Counted from the stretch's first letter, positions 34,632-48,581 are shown. The stretch is DNA of 64,000 nt from Mytilus edulis (GCF_963676685.1 NC_092351.1:63426001-63490000), one strand, 5' to 3'. Made by a program: numbers and translations. The notes: generated from the letters alone by a model not told the origin.

Positions 34632-37600
34632 ATGAGTAATAATAGTATAAAATTTCTCTCATACAACTGTCAAGGTCTTAATTCAGTAGAGAAGCGAAGA
34701 GATGTTTTTGATTATCTTAAATCAAAAAACTGTAATATATATTGCTTACAGGATACACATTTTTCAGAAAATGATGAAATATCAATAAAAAATCTATGGG
34801 GAGGAGAGTGGATATTTAATTCATTTGCTACAAATCAAAGAGGGGTAGCAATTTTATTGACAACAAACATTGAGTATAAAATACATAAAGTAAAAAAAGA
34901 TGATCAAGGAAATTTGTTAGGAATTGATATGGAAATCGAAGGAAAGAGAATGACCCTAATAACCTTATATGGTCCAAACAAAGATACACCAGATTTTTAT
35001 ATAAAACTGAGTGGAATGATAGAAACTTTAAACAATCCATCAGTTGTTATAACTGGAGACTATAATTTAGTACAAAACCAAAGTCTTGATACATATAATT
35101 ATCAAAATATTAATAACCCAAAAGCTAAGGAGAAAGTTCTAGACTTAAAAGATCTTTATAATTTAACAGACCCCTTTAGGGAAATTAATCCAGATTTAAA
35201 ACAGTTCACATGGAGAAAAGCTAATCCCATAAAACAAGCAAGATTAGACTTCTTTTTAATATCCCAAGACCTTAATCAAAATGTAGTTGATGTACAAAAT
35301 CACAACAGCTATAGATCAGATCACTCCCCAATAATATTAAATCTGAAGATGAATGATTTCATACTTGGAAAAGGATTATGGAAATTTAACAACTCACTTT
35401 TACATGATATTGAATACTCCAAAACTATAAAAAACACTATACTTAAAGTAAAAGACCAATATGCATCATTAGTATATAATAGAGAAACGTTAGAAGAAAT
35501 TAATGATTTAGACATCCACTATACAATAAATGACCAACTTTTTTTAGAAATATTACTTACAGAAATCAGAGGAAAAACTATTTCCTATGCATCTTATAAA
35601 AAGAAGGAAAGAGATAAAGAGGAAAAAATACTATCAGAAAAAATTCAGAAATTAGAGGAAAGCATCTGAACAGAGGAAATATTAAATGAAATTGAACACC
35701 ATAAATCTGATCTTAGAATAATAAGGAAAGAAAAAATGAGGGGATACTATATCAGGTCAAAAATGCAATGGATTGAAGAAGGGGAAAAGCCATCTAGTTT
35801 TTTTTTGAATATGGAAACTAAACATTTTATAAATAAAACCATCCCCAAACTAGTTAATGAAAAAGGGGAGACAATTTGTAAACAAGATAAAATATTAGAA
35901 GAGGCCAAAAATTACTATAAAAAACTGTATACTAAAACAGAAAGCTTGATTGAAGTAAATCTTAATAGTGAAATACCTGATTCTGATATTAAAAAATTAA
36001 ATGATACTTTAAAAGAATCTTTAGAGGGGGAGATAACTTATAATGAATTGACAACAGCTATGCGTAGAATGAAAAATGAGAAAAGTCCAGGGTCAGATGG
36101 CTTTACAAATGAGTTCTTTAAATTCTTTTGGATAAATGTAGGAAAATTTGTTTTCAGATCTATAATTTATGGTTACAAAAGGGGGGAATTATCAATAACT
36201 CAAAAACAGGGTATTATTACTTGTTTACCAAAAGGTGATAAACCTAGACAGTTTATGAAAAATTGGCGACCAATAAGTCTTTTGAATTCAACATATAAAC
36301 TAGCATCAAGTTGTATAGCAGAGCGTATGAAATCTGTTCTACCCATTATTATTAGCAATGATCAGACAGGTTTTATTCCTGGAAGATATATTGGAGAAAA
36401 CACTCGTCTCATATATGATATCTTATTCTATACAGAGGTAAATGATTTGCCAGGTCTTCTCCTTCTCATAGATTTTGAAAAAGCTTTTGATTCGGTATCA
36501 TGGAAATTCATAAATGAAGTATTAGACTTTTTCAATTTTGGACCCTCTATAAAACTTTGGATAAAGACTTTTTACACAAATATAAGCTCATCAGTATCCC
36601 AAAACTGTTTTTTATCAGATTTCTTTCAGATTCAAAGAGGCTGTAGACAAGGGGATCCTTTATCACCTTATATTTTTTCTTTTATGTGCTGAAATTCTAG
36701 GAATTTTAATCAGAAAAAAACAAAGAAATTAAAGGAATTAAAATTGATGACACAGAATATCTTATCTCCCAATACGCAGATGACACATCAATAATACTTG
36801 ACGGTACACCTGAATCTCTAGATGCATCTCTTCGCTTACTCCAAAAATATGCTGAAATGTCTGGTCTTCATATGAACTTGGACAAAACAAAGGTGGTGTG
36901 GATAGGCAAAAAAAAAATATAGTCAAGACACAATGTGTGTAAAATGGGGATTGGAATGGGGTTCCAGTAGGTTTACATTACTTGGAATTGACTTTTCTGT
37001 CAATTTGCATGAAATGGAACTGTTGAATTATGGTCCAAGAATTAAAGAAATTGAAAATATAATAAAAATTTGGTGAAAACAAACATTAACACCAGTTGGA
37101 AAAATAACTATCATTAAGACACTAATTATTTCAAAATTGAACCATCTGTTTTTAACATTACAAGCACCATGCAAAAATACTTTAAAACAACTAACTGACA
37201 AAATTTATTCATTTATTTGGGAAAACAAACCTGACAAGATAAAAAGAGAAATATTATGTTCTGAACACAAATTAGGAGGGCTGAAAATGATAGATATTGA
37301 CAAATATATAAAAGGATTGAAACTAACTTGGATAAGACGGTTGTTGAAAAACAACCCAAAACTAAATAAGCTATTAGAAAGTACTGAAAAAATTAGTATT
37401 GAAAACCTTATTTATTTAGGCCCAACAAAAAGATGTAAAAACCCTTTTTGGGAAGAAGTTTTTAAAGCTTGGACAGATTTACAAAATAAATTCATACCAA
37501 AAAAGGAAGAGGAGTTTTTATCAGATTCGCTCTGGAATAATGAAAACATAAAAATAGGAACAACATCCATTTTCTATAAAGACTGGATAGATAAAGGGAT

Positions 37601-38429
37601 CTTTTTGATAAATGATTTATTAAACGATGAGGGAAAACTAATGACTTTTCAACAATTCCAAAACATTTATAAAATTAAGTCAAACTTTCTTACTTATAAT
37701 GGGGTCATTTCATCAATAAAATCATATAAAAAGGCTTTAAAAAACTATATATCCATAAACAATTGTTATAAAACACTAGGACCAATTATGCCAAATAATA
37801 TAAGAATATTTTTGTTATCAAGAAAAGGCTCGAAAGATATGTATAATGTTTTATTTGAAAAAAGCAGTACTAAACTTAGATGTGAAGAAAAATGGTCCTT
37901 AACACTCAACAAAAATTTTGATTGGAAAACTGTGCATAATATGTCTTTTTACTCCACAAAAAGCTCAAAACTCCACTGGTTCCAATATAGAATAATACAC
38001 AGAATATTGGGCACAAATAAATTTTTATTTAAGATAAAAATAAAACAAAGCGATAAATGTACTTTCTGCAGTGAAGTTACTGAAGATATTGAACACATAT
38101 TTTGGACATGCCATAAAATAGCAGATCTGTGGATAAGACTCATGGACTGGATTTATAACCAAACACAAATAATTATTCCATTTAACATGGATATAATTTT
38201 ATTTGGAAATTTAGGAAAAACAGAAAATAATAAAATAAATAACTTAATAATACTTTTATCAAAATTCTTTATCTATAGAGCAAAACTGTGTGAAAATCAA
38301 GTAAATTTTGCAGGGCTGAAAAACTATCTAAAAGAAAATCTAATACTAGAAAAGAATATATTTTTTAAAACAAAGCCTCTTCAAATTGCCAACCTCTACT
38401 GGGACCCCTGGCTTCCATTATTAGAATAA
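34632..38429 (+). pseudogene. L1 ORF2 (APE endonuclease, RT, zf-RVT) with stops and frameshifts
   Basis: SYNCQGL, CLQDTH, TGDYN, RLDFFL and SDHSP; KSPGSDG, NWRPISLLN, DFEKAFDSV, GCRQGDPLSP and YADD; CTFC..EDIEHIFWTC. Stops at ~35667 and ~37074, and frameshifts in homopolymer runs at ~36675, ~36715 and ~36910. Confidence 0.92.
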
Positions 38430-39026
38430 TTTACACTTAAGCAACTTAATTAGCATTACCCTATGTAATGTTATTGTGCATTTTATTTTAGCCTTTTCAC
38501 ACCATCATATATGTTTTTATTTAATATACTGTTATATGTTGTTTATTGTTTATTGTCTTTTGTTCTTGTTTTGTGCCTAAAATGCATATACATTCTCTAA
38601 TATCTATTTTGTGTTTGTATGAATTATTTAAAATGGAAAACCAACTTTGCCAAATCTATTTAATGTTGCCAAAAAAAAAAATACTGCTGCCAAATTCCAA
38701 ATTTCAAGGACTTTCTATTTTTTATTTTTATTTTTTTTTTCTCTAGTTTTAATTTTTTGTTTTTTGTTTTGTATTTGTGTTTTAATTATTTATTATTTTC
38801 TCTTCTCTTCTCACATTCTCTCTTAAATAAAATTCTCACTTTATTGATCAATATTGAAATAATTGATACACAATAATATACTGTATATATATTTTGTAAT
38901 TTTGAGTACTAACAATTACTAACAATTTTTCTAAATATACAATCTAATGTTTAACGAGGCCGGGATAAGGTACCGGTACTTTCTGTATCAAACTAACAAA
39001 TGTGAAAGTTTTCAATAAAGAATGTA

Positions 39027-39055
<29 letters not shown>

Positions 39056-39057
<2 letters not shown>

Positions 39058-39275
39058 GTTCTAAAATTTCGACTGCTTCCCACAGAATTGTAAATAACTG
39101 GTCTGCAGTAATCCCTGCTGTTGCGAAATGAGCCAATGGAAATTTCAGATTACTGGCAATACCTCGGACCATGATAACTAGAACATTTTTGGCCATTTTT
39201 GGTACTTCATCTTTCATTAAGTGTTCAATGTCAAGAATGGAATTGCCAGTCTGGTCCAAGTTGATAAACCCTATC
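39056..39275 (-). pseudogene. P-element transposase, portion upstream of the L1 insertion
   Basis: LIGFINL..MAKNVLVIMVRGIASNLKFPLAHFATAGITADQLFTILWEAVEILEL. Confidence 0.85.
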
Positions 39276-39279
39276 AGTT

Positions 39280-39860
39280 CTATACGTATACTGTTCTCTT
39301 GATTTTTAGATTCGTCTTCACTTTTCTCTTCATTTATAACTTCTCTTCCCTTTTCCTTGAACTCTTTACATCCATCGTTTTCTATAATGATGTTGTCTAT
39401 AGTTAGGATAGGAACAACATGGTTTGGTACCCAGTGCTCGTTGTTCATATCCGCACTCCTTGTACTTGTCCAAAAAATTTAAATAGGTTGTCAATGTTTA
39501 TATTCTCGGTAAAATGAGGCGATTAAGGTCCTAGCGTACGTTTGGATTTCCTAATTTTGGATAAACTGAATATATTGGAGTGCATAACACACTTGAAAGG
39601 GCATGTATTTGCCAAATTCCCATATAGGTTTTATCCAATATGATCTTCATTATTTCTTTTTGGTAAGTGCTTCTAATAATAGTTTCGGTCAGATAAATTC
39701 CAGGCAATACATATCTGAATACTGTGCATATATTGCGGGTAGGTTCTTTGACGATTTTTGTTTTTGTTCCTTTAAGTAGAAAGTTATTATCCAAGTACAG
39801 ATGTTCATTTTGGACAAGTTCTAATACAACTCTTAGTCTAATTAGGAGATAACTGTATTG
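39280..39860 (-). pseudogene. Vertnin-like (OTU-like) domain fragment, probably transposon-borne
   Basis: RLRVVLELVQNEHLYLD..TYMGIWQIHALSSVLCTPIYSVYP..NVRKDLNRLILPR..FWTST..WVPNHVVPIL. Confidence 0.65.
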
Positions 39861-39921
39861 TATTTTAAGCTCCGACGGCATCCATTGGGGATTTGATGGT
39901 CGCAAATTAATTTTACTGGCA

Positions 39922-39989
39922 AACTTGTTCTCGTCCTGAATATGCATGAAATATTTGCCACTGGACGTTAAGCAACAAACAATCAATCA
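39922..39989 (+). mobile_element. 3' tail fragment of the SINE
   Basis: AACTTGTTCTCGTCCTGAATATGCATGAAATATTTGCCACTGGACGTTAAGCAACAAACAATCAATCA. Confidence 0.85.
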
Positions 39990-42900
39990 GTCTTATCATG
40001 TATTGAACAGAGTACTAATACGAAACAACATTTCATGTACACTAAGAAGTTTATTCGCCACTTAAACAATGTCTGATGTGAGATATGAACACAAACCCTT
40101 AACATTCTGATGTACCGTGTATCAAATTGTCAACGATATAAAAAATGCCGGTGGATATAAAGGAAACGGTACAGACGACGTAAAAAGTTCAATCGGCCCT
40201 TAAAACTGTGACATTAAATTTGCCTTCAAATTAATCCCATTATAACCTACGAAATGGCTAGCTGGTGCTGGACATCCAAGGATACTAGATATATCCCACG
40301 ACGCCTTCGCTGCTGCTATACAGCAAGGTAAATATATTAAAACTTTAAAAAGATGAAAAAAAAATTGCTCAAAGGTTTGGAGATGAAGATTTATCGAAAG
40401 ACGAGCCTTGGTTTGAAGAGGAATACCGAAAGAAGCAATATCAACACTCTTATATGCTTTTAAACAATAAACAAATCTATAGTCCTCACTGAAGAAACGT
40501 TTGTGTGAGAGTAAAGCTTAATTTCGACATTAACACCAACACCTAAACTACTAGATATAAAGACATGCAATCTTCATCATAGTCTTGGTAGTCTTTTGGG
40601 GATAGAATTTGTTAATTTCAATCCGATCAAAGTACATTATCATGTTGAGATTTTCCTGGTATTCTGCTGTCCTAGATATTATAGCACTTGCTGTGATGAA
40701 AAATCTTCGGAAGCATTTTTGTTAATATAATTGACAAGTCTTTAAATACTGGTACGTTTGATCTTTGTAATTGGGTCATGATTCAATTGATGGAGTCTTT
40801 CTCGAACTCATTACTAATTACCTAATGACATTTGGTAGAAGTGGTTCAATTCCCTTCTGATGACGGTGGGCAGTGTACTTGTTTCTTCTTCGAAACATTC
40901 TGTAGAGATAGAACCTGTTCCGGGATTGTATCATCATGTTGACAATCTTCTTAAATCTGGATGCCCAGGAAAATTACATAATCGTTATTTTCCAAAATAC
41001 TTTTTTCATCTACATGATCTATGCTTTGTGATATTCTTCAATTTCAAGTTGCATTACAGGTCTTGTGATATTAAAAGAGAAGATACAGAATACAATAAAA
41101 TGTTTTTGAAAACAAGTCTTTTGTTTTTAAAATATTTGAAGATTGAAGGTTGATAACTATTAGACTGGTCGGTTTTAATTTGTCTGTCATATTTGTTTTT
41201 TTATAAACTTTTCAGTTATAAATTATGTTTCTAGTTTGCTCCATGAAAATTAGTTTATATTGTTCATAGTGGGATGGGCCTCTTAAAGGCAACTATATGG
41301 AATGGGTTTTTCTCATTGTTGAAGACGGCATAGTTGTCTATAATCGATAACATACCTTATTTGAATTTGTTGTCTCATTTGCGGTTTCACCTAATCTCCT
41401 ACTTTTTGTAACTAATTTGTGCATATTAATATTTTGTCTTTTTTAGCAGCTTTAGACCAAAGAGGACATTGCATAATGTCAGATTTTTTTTTATTAAAAA
41501 GTCTGTGCAATTAGGCCCTGTTTTGCTCCAAGTGTTAAGAGTTTTTCAAATCACATCTCTAAGTTATTTTGGAGAAATTTTCAAGGACTCTTTTTAAATC
41601 ACCGAAACATAACTTGAGAAGCAAAAATGTAGTCACTTTAATAAGTGATTATAACATTTTCTTTCAACAGCTCAAAGACCCACCTGTAAAAGTGGGATAT
41701 AACAGCAAAAACTTGAACCAATAATTGGGCATGATGTGGAGCAAGAATTCATCTTAGGTTTTTATGCATACAGTGTAGTCCAGACCTTGTGTTTAATTCA
41801 TTGCTAATTTTTGGAATTCATAATTCAGATTTGATTCTTTATAACTCTACAAAAGAATAACTGCAAAGAGTATACCATGAGAAATGAAGTCAGTAATGTG
41901 TTTAGATGATTGTTTTTTTATGACAAATATGTTAGTTTATAATAAAATACATGTAGCAGTTGCATGTTGGTAATTTAACACAACGAAATCTGAAACTAGC
42001 TTATTATTTGCTCAAAATGAATTTAAATAAATCTTTAATTTTTCAAATATTTAATTTTCACTACAGCATTTTAACAGTCATGACATTATAAAGCAGTTAT
42101 ATAACCACATTTAGTAACAATAAATGATAACTTTGACCATAATCATTAGGTTTCCCAACCTCACCACACACCTTTCAAGCAACAAATTTCTAAAATGTAA
42201 TCCAAAAACAAATTAAATAACAGTTCATCTGTGTTGACCAATTTTTGGCCAGCATAAGAATTGACCTCATTTAAGATTTTTTTTAAATCATGAAAATCTG
42301 GAAACTCATATATAATATGTTTCATTTAAATGCAAATGTTTGTCATTAAATAAAATATCATTTTTGCTCCGAGGTTTATCGTGTGTATTCCATTTATTAT
42401 AGTGTCAACAAATACATACCGAGTCAAAATGAACTCATCATGCTCATTTCAACAAGTTAAGAGTGCATTTGTTTCTAACCCGAAATTTTGTCATCGATGA
42501 CTATTGTTTAGTAAACATTAAGCTGCTAGAAACAGATACATCGTTTAATAAACTTAATCGACCCCGCGTAGTCAGACAGAAATAGATTACACTTACACAC
42601 TGTAAACAAACAGATAAAAGTGCGGGAAATAAATAACCAGGTCTTTGCGAAAACAACACGTGCTCGTAATTATTTAAACGACAGATGCAGAAACAAATTT
42701 ATCGTTTACACGTAAAAATCAGCATAAAATTAACAGCACAACCACACAAAATATACATAAAAATACAATTCTAAGACTGTCAGTGGATAGGTTCATATCA
42801 AAACAATACAAAGTGTTATTTTGTAAACATCAGCCTATACTTTGCATCATAACCAAAAAAATTGCAATTTGTGTTGTTTTAAATGTTCCTTGTTTGATAT

Positions 42901-43639
42901 TAATGTCAAGTGACGTATTTTCAAGTGACTAAAAATACTTTCTATATGAATATCAGGTAATATGTCTATACATGATTTAGTGTGTAGGAAAGCTATACTT
43001 AATAAGATATTAACACAAGAATTAAAACTCATAAATTTAAACTTGAAACCAAAAAAGAGATTAGTACTCATTCTGTCCACTGAACTTGAAAGTCGTTTAA
43101 CAATGTTTCACCTTGTAAAAAAATACAAAAAAAGAATGATATACACTTACAGTACTACTGTATGTAACTTATGAAAATTTACAAGTCGGAATCACACACC
43201 TGATATTGTGGTTATCTGGATCTGTTCAAAATTATTAAAATCTAATCATGAAAATCTGTAACCTAAATTTTATTTAACAAGCGCATAAACAATAATGGAA
43301 AGGCATATTAACCAGACACTTGAACCAGAAATATCACAGATCTTTAAACACAAATCCAAATCTAAACCCTCCCTGTGGCAGTAAGTCCGGAGGGTCTCAC
43401 ACCTTCACAAATTCACTCATTAAAGTTGAATACATTTCGTTTTCGAGGAACCACAGGTTTTTCTTCTTTTTGTAGTATTGGACCCAATGTTCGCCATTCT
43501 CTATTTTCGCTCTCTGCAAAATTAAACACAAAATATTTATTTTTGACATGGAATGTCACCAATCATACTACAGACCAACTCACTAAACTGGTAGCAATTG
43601 TTTGCCATTAGAAATGAAAACGTGTCCCAACAGCTGGTG

Positions 43640-43860
43640 ATGGGGTTGACACTTGTGGTGACTTTGGTAAAGGTGATTGTAACTCGAGTAACTCTGGTTG
43701 GCTTGGTGCCTCTGACTGCCTTGGTGACTCTGGATGCTGTGTTGACTCTGGTTGCCTTGGAGAAGCTGGTTTGCTTGGTGACTAGTTGCCTTGGTGACTC
43801 TGCCTTGGTGACTCCGTCTGCCTTGGTGACTCTGGCTGCCTCGGTGACTCTGGCTGTGGT
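43640..43860. repeat. Degenerate 18-bp tandem repeat (TTGGTGACTCTGGCTGCC), open in several frames
   Basis: About 10-12 units. The minus strand encodes (SHQGSQ)n or (VTKAAR)n. Confidence 0.75.
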
Positions 43861-44388
43861 GATGGACAATCATAATAGTAACAGCTCTAGTGTTAGTGAT
43901 CAAACTAGACGGCGTTAACTACAAAATGTACAAACATGTTGTTCATTGTGAGCCAAGGCTCCGTGTTGAAGGCCGTACATTGACCTATAATAGTTTATTT
44001 TTTTATAAATTGTTATTTGGATGGAGAGATGTCTCATTGGCACTCACACCACATCTTCATATATCTATGTACTTAAAAACTGTTTCCCAACATATCTATT
44101 GTGGGCCATTCAAGACACACAAAAAAAATATATCAATGATAGTTTATTGATCAAGACGAGGCGTTTGAAAATTGAATACAGATATAATATTATTTACAGA
44201 CATAAAACATAATTATCCAAATGTTACTGAATTTCACATTATTTTGTATATACAAATTAAAACATTACCAAATTGATGACTACATATATATAAATAAACA
44301 AAACAAATAATTACAGCTATATAAACAAACAAAACAAATGACAAAAGAACATATATACACACATAAGATTGGAATAGACTGACAGATA

Positions 44389-45207
44389 CTAGTAATGAAC
44401 TGATAACACTATTTTTATCACAAAATTTACTCGTTGACATTTGGAGTTTCCAAAATACAATGTACGACGGCGACAAGCCTTCACACTAGGGCGCCTCAAG
44501 GCCTCGTTCACCTTGTGAACTACCACATTTCGGAATGTTTCTTCTTTTCGGCACTCTGGGTAATAGTGGTTTACATATTGTCTTACGGCTAACTTAGCCC
44601 GTGGGCACACTTCCCTTTTTGCATTGATCCCGCCCCCGTTCCAATTATACATATTTCTGAGATTTTCTTGCCCGAAAAGGTGTGGCATAAGTTCTTTTAA
44701 CAATATCGAGGCAAAGTTACCGGCGGAATGGGCTCTGTCTTTTAGAATGATGAGTCTATCATCTGGAATGATCATGTCTGCCGGGACGGTGTTTTCTTCA
44801 TCAGTCTCATTGTCACTGTCAACAGCCAGAAGTCCTGGTGTTGCCTGCCTCTGTGTTAATAAGCGTTCTAAACTATCCTGCTTGGCGTGCAGTTTGTGTT
44901 GTTCGGTCTCCATGGCTTTTAGACGCTTGTCAAAGTTTGTCATCATGGCGAATAGTCTGGATTGGCCGGAAATCATGACGTCGAACAGTCGGTATATCCG
45001 GTGGTCGTCTGGGAATATGTTGTTGGGTGCAATTGGGGATGGTGTTGGTGTTGGTACTGGTACTGGTGCAGGTGTTGGTCCTGGTGCAGGTGTTGGTGCT
45101 GGTGCTGGTGGTTGAGGGGTCAATATTTCAGGAACTGGGGGTGGCTGCTCCTCGTCGGATGATGGAGGACTCCCTGTCAAGATCACATTGCCAGGTGTTG
45201 ATTTCTG
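44389..45207 (-). CDS. Terminal exon encoding a Pro-rich linker, coiled coil and BEN-like domain (likely transposon accessory gene)
   Basis: Splice acceptor TTTCATTTTCAG before 45207. (PAPTP)n linker, then FDKRLKAMETEQHKLHAKQDSLERLL, then SAGNFASILLKELMPHLF..NWNGGGINAKREVCP..VVHKVNEALRRP. Confidence 0.65.
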   Translation of the reverse strand, partial: QKSTPGNVILTGSPPSSDEEQPPPVPEILTPQPPAPAPTPAPGPTPAPVPVPTPTPSPIAPNNIFPDDHRIYRLFDVMISGQSRLFAMMTNFDKRLKAMETEQHKLHAKQDSLERLLTQRQATPGLLAVDSDNETDEENTVPADMIIPDDRLIILKDRAHSAGNFASILLKELMPHLFGQENLRNMYNWNGGGINAKREVCPRAKLAVRQYVNHYYPECRKEETFRNVVVHKVNEALRRPSVKACRRRTLYFGNSKCQRVNFVIKIVLSVHY

Positions 45208-48200
45208 AAAATGAAACAAAAGTGTTACTGAAATGATTGTTTTAAGTGTTTACATATATTTTTAACGATTGATTACGGGAAGGGACTGAATTAGTCGGGA
45301 AAGTCAAAATAAAATAATGGAAATTGCCATATAACAGCCGCCAAAACATTTTAATGACAATAGAAATTATGACGTCGTTCAATGTTGACTTGAACTTCAA
45401 ACACGATTATGTGATTGAAAAAGTACATATTCTGTGCAATACACAGAATTGTTTGAAGTATCGGTGTTGCTCATTGTAGAAGGCCGTACGTTGACCTTTT
45501 GTTATCACGTTTATTCATTTGATCTATGGTGGAGGGTTGTCTCATTATCAAACATGATCAAAAACATATAAAGAAATTACAAAATCTAATCCGGTAGATG
45601 GTTCAAAAGTGAAACATGATCTTTTAACATTCCCTAAAATATGTCACCAGTCACATTAAAAATCAAGTATTATGAACGATTTACCAGAAAGAATTCTGGA
45701 ACATATACGTTACTAACCTTTTGGTCGATACCATGCAGATTTGGGGTCATATAATTTTCATTGTAAACATGGTAAACTGAAACTGCATTAAAGCATTTTG
45801 TTGGACAAATATCGTACATTTTGCATAATGTATTCCAAATTGGTCCTTCAGGCTTTATGGTAAAGTTGTTTTCGAAACTAATACTAAATACTAAATTGGT
45901 AATTTGTCTAATGGTCAGAAATTCATTAGTATTAGAAGGATTTCTGGGTATAATTTGCCGTAAAGAACTCATAAAGTGTAATACTTACTTATTAAAACAT
46001 CTTTAAGGATCATACGGGAAAAAAACAGTCTTGTCCCCTCTCCCTAGCCAATTCAATTTCATGACAATACAGTTTTCCAGGATTGTACCCATAATCCTTC
46101 TTACACTCTGCTTTACCGTATCTCCTCCAGAAGTAGTCAGGTGTTTGATCTGCAAATAATTATATGATGCTAGATTAAAATAAAAATAAAAACAATTGCA
46201 AACAACAAGTAAGAGATAAACGTACCTACAGTTAATAATATGACATTTTTACATTGTTCTTGGTATCTTTCAAGCACAACCATCATAAAATATATGAGTA
46301 GAGGGAAAATACTGATGCCGATATAGGGCCTTGTAAAGCTCGCTATATGCAATGTGTTTTTTTTCATTCTTGAAGGCCATACGGTTATAGATAGTTGCTA
46401 GTGTCATTCGGTCTCTTTTAGGTAGTAGTCTCATTGTCAATCAAACTAAAAAAAAAAATTTCATAATTTTTTTTTTAGTTTCATGAAATTTTATGCATGT
46501 TCAGGACGATAAGTGGTTTGGAATACAGAAAATAGTGATTCATTGTTGGTGGATAGTTGGTCTCATTGACAATCATTATACCACATCTTCTTGTTTTTAC
46601 GTTTCTAGCATTTGATTAAAAAAGATTTAAATTGGTTATTTTTTTATTTACATGATCATAAAACAAACCCTTATTATTATTATTTCAAAATTCTGGATCA
46701 AACCAAAAAATCGAATCATACACACTTTTGAATGACTAATTTCTAGAAGGCAAATCTATGGAAACAAATGCATGTATTCTAAAGTTTCTTTTACTGAAAT
46801 GAGACATGTTTTGCATAAAATAATAAAAACAAGAACAGATTCCAGCTGTATACGTACTCCCAGTACTTTTACTTTATGACTTTTAAATCAAATAAAAGTT
46901 CAATAAATGTATGTCGAATGATTCACATTAGTTATTTCTTTAGCTTGTGCAGATTGTCTATTTTTTGACAAACTCTCATGAACGTATTGTTTGCCTCAAG
47001 CCATAGACCTCTCAATTCCCTCCTTATAAACATTAAATTTAAAATCTTGGGCCCTCGAAAAGTCAGGCACATCGGCTCTGTTTTCAAGAAACTCCAGGCC
47101 CGCTGGATTGCTCTTCTTCCATGAATATCTTAACAATAATTTTTTATTGTTTATTTTCCCTCCCTCCTTAACTGTTCTCTTTCTTGTACATTCAGGTTTT
47201 TTTTGTAGTAGGTTTGTTGAAACAGGGGTGGACGTGACAGTCATCGGTTCATCCACTGACTCATCAATCTCGAATGAGTTGGTGGGCATAAACGCTAATG
47301 TGCCGCTGGATATGATTTCTTCAATGATTTTTGGTGAACGATATGAATTATTCTTTATTTATTTATTTTTGTTGGGGGGGGGGGGGGGGGGGGTGGGGGT
47401 GCTGGTCGGCGCTACTTTATTACATAGCATTGTGTGATGATATCTGCTTGTCTCTATCTATTTTGTTTTTAATTAAGGATGAGTTTATGCTGTTTCATGT
47501 CTCCTTGCTATTGACAGATTCTTTATTATCTCTACATAATTTTGAGCTTTGCATTGTCGTCTCTGTTAAAATCTTCGTCCAAAAGTTTTCCTATGTCTAG
47601 ATAGTTTGGGATGAAATCCGATGTTACCAAACTAGATTCAAAACTAGCAGTTTTAGGCGCCTTTGGTACAGACTCCGTGCTCTGGCTTTCAGATAAGTCG
47701 GCTAGCTTCTGCTTCCACAACGTAATTTACCCCCCAAGGGTGACTGGGGAATCGAAATATTGGTGTAAGTTAAATCGATAGGAAAGTCATGTAGAAAATC
47801 AATGACCTTTTTCATGGTACCTATCAGAAAATTGTTACAGTTGACTGTTATCTGTTCATGATTAATATCGGAATCACTCCATTTCTCTGACAATTTTTTC
47901 TCTAAAAATTACTTGATTTCTGCAAAATGACAGAATGGCATCTTATGGCCTTATCATCTTCACAGACCAATTTAACATTACAAAACTTTCCTGCACGGTA
48001 TGATTCTTGCAGTCTATCGACGAGAAGGAGTAGAGAAAGTTTTGGACCTACGAGCTCCACACAGTTACGAAAAGGATACAGGAAAGATAAAGAATAATTT
48101 CATACACCACATCGTCCTTTTTATCTCGTTATATTGGCCAATGGACGTTGCAAACTCTTAACCACCAATTCTGTAAATAATCTTGAAATCCATTTAAATT

Positions 48201-48581
48201 ATGAATTATTTACGAGGTAGTTAAATTCACGTGTAACATGTACATTGAGCTACAAAATTTTCTTGTTATCTACATCCGATATCACCTGGATATGTGCACG
48301 CCAGTTTAAGCTAGTTTGTCTACCGAAAGGTTGGGTTTATTTTTATCGTTTTGTAAATATTTTAAACATCGTATTGCGTACATACCAAATAGTTTTAAAA
48401 TTACATTGATAGGTACTCTACATTTGTATTTGTGTATCAAATGAATTAATCTTAACATTGATTAATCCGCACGCTCACAGTTGTGTATGTCATGTGTTTC
48501 TATTTAAAGGCACGTATATACCAATTGATATATGTATATCATATATTGACGAATTAAAACATACAAATTACAACAGAATAA

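Larger units (their letters stand above)
32514..39055 (+). mobile_element. L1/Tx1-clade LINE, 5'-truncated within ORF1, with poly(A) tail and 13-bp TSD
   Basis: TSD AAGTTCTAAAATT at 32501-32513 and 39056-39068. Poly(A) at ~39033-39057. Removal fuses the P transposase (WEAVEILEL|DTRLKVLFITSDG). Confidence 0.92.

Noticed and set aside
44624-45236. Plus-strand ORFs with GAGVG or WCWCW repeats
   Set aside because: They are antisense shadows of the Pro-rich linker of the BEN-like exon.
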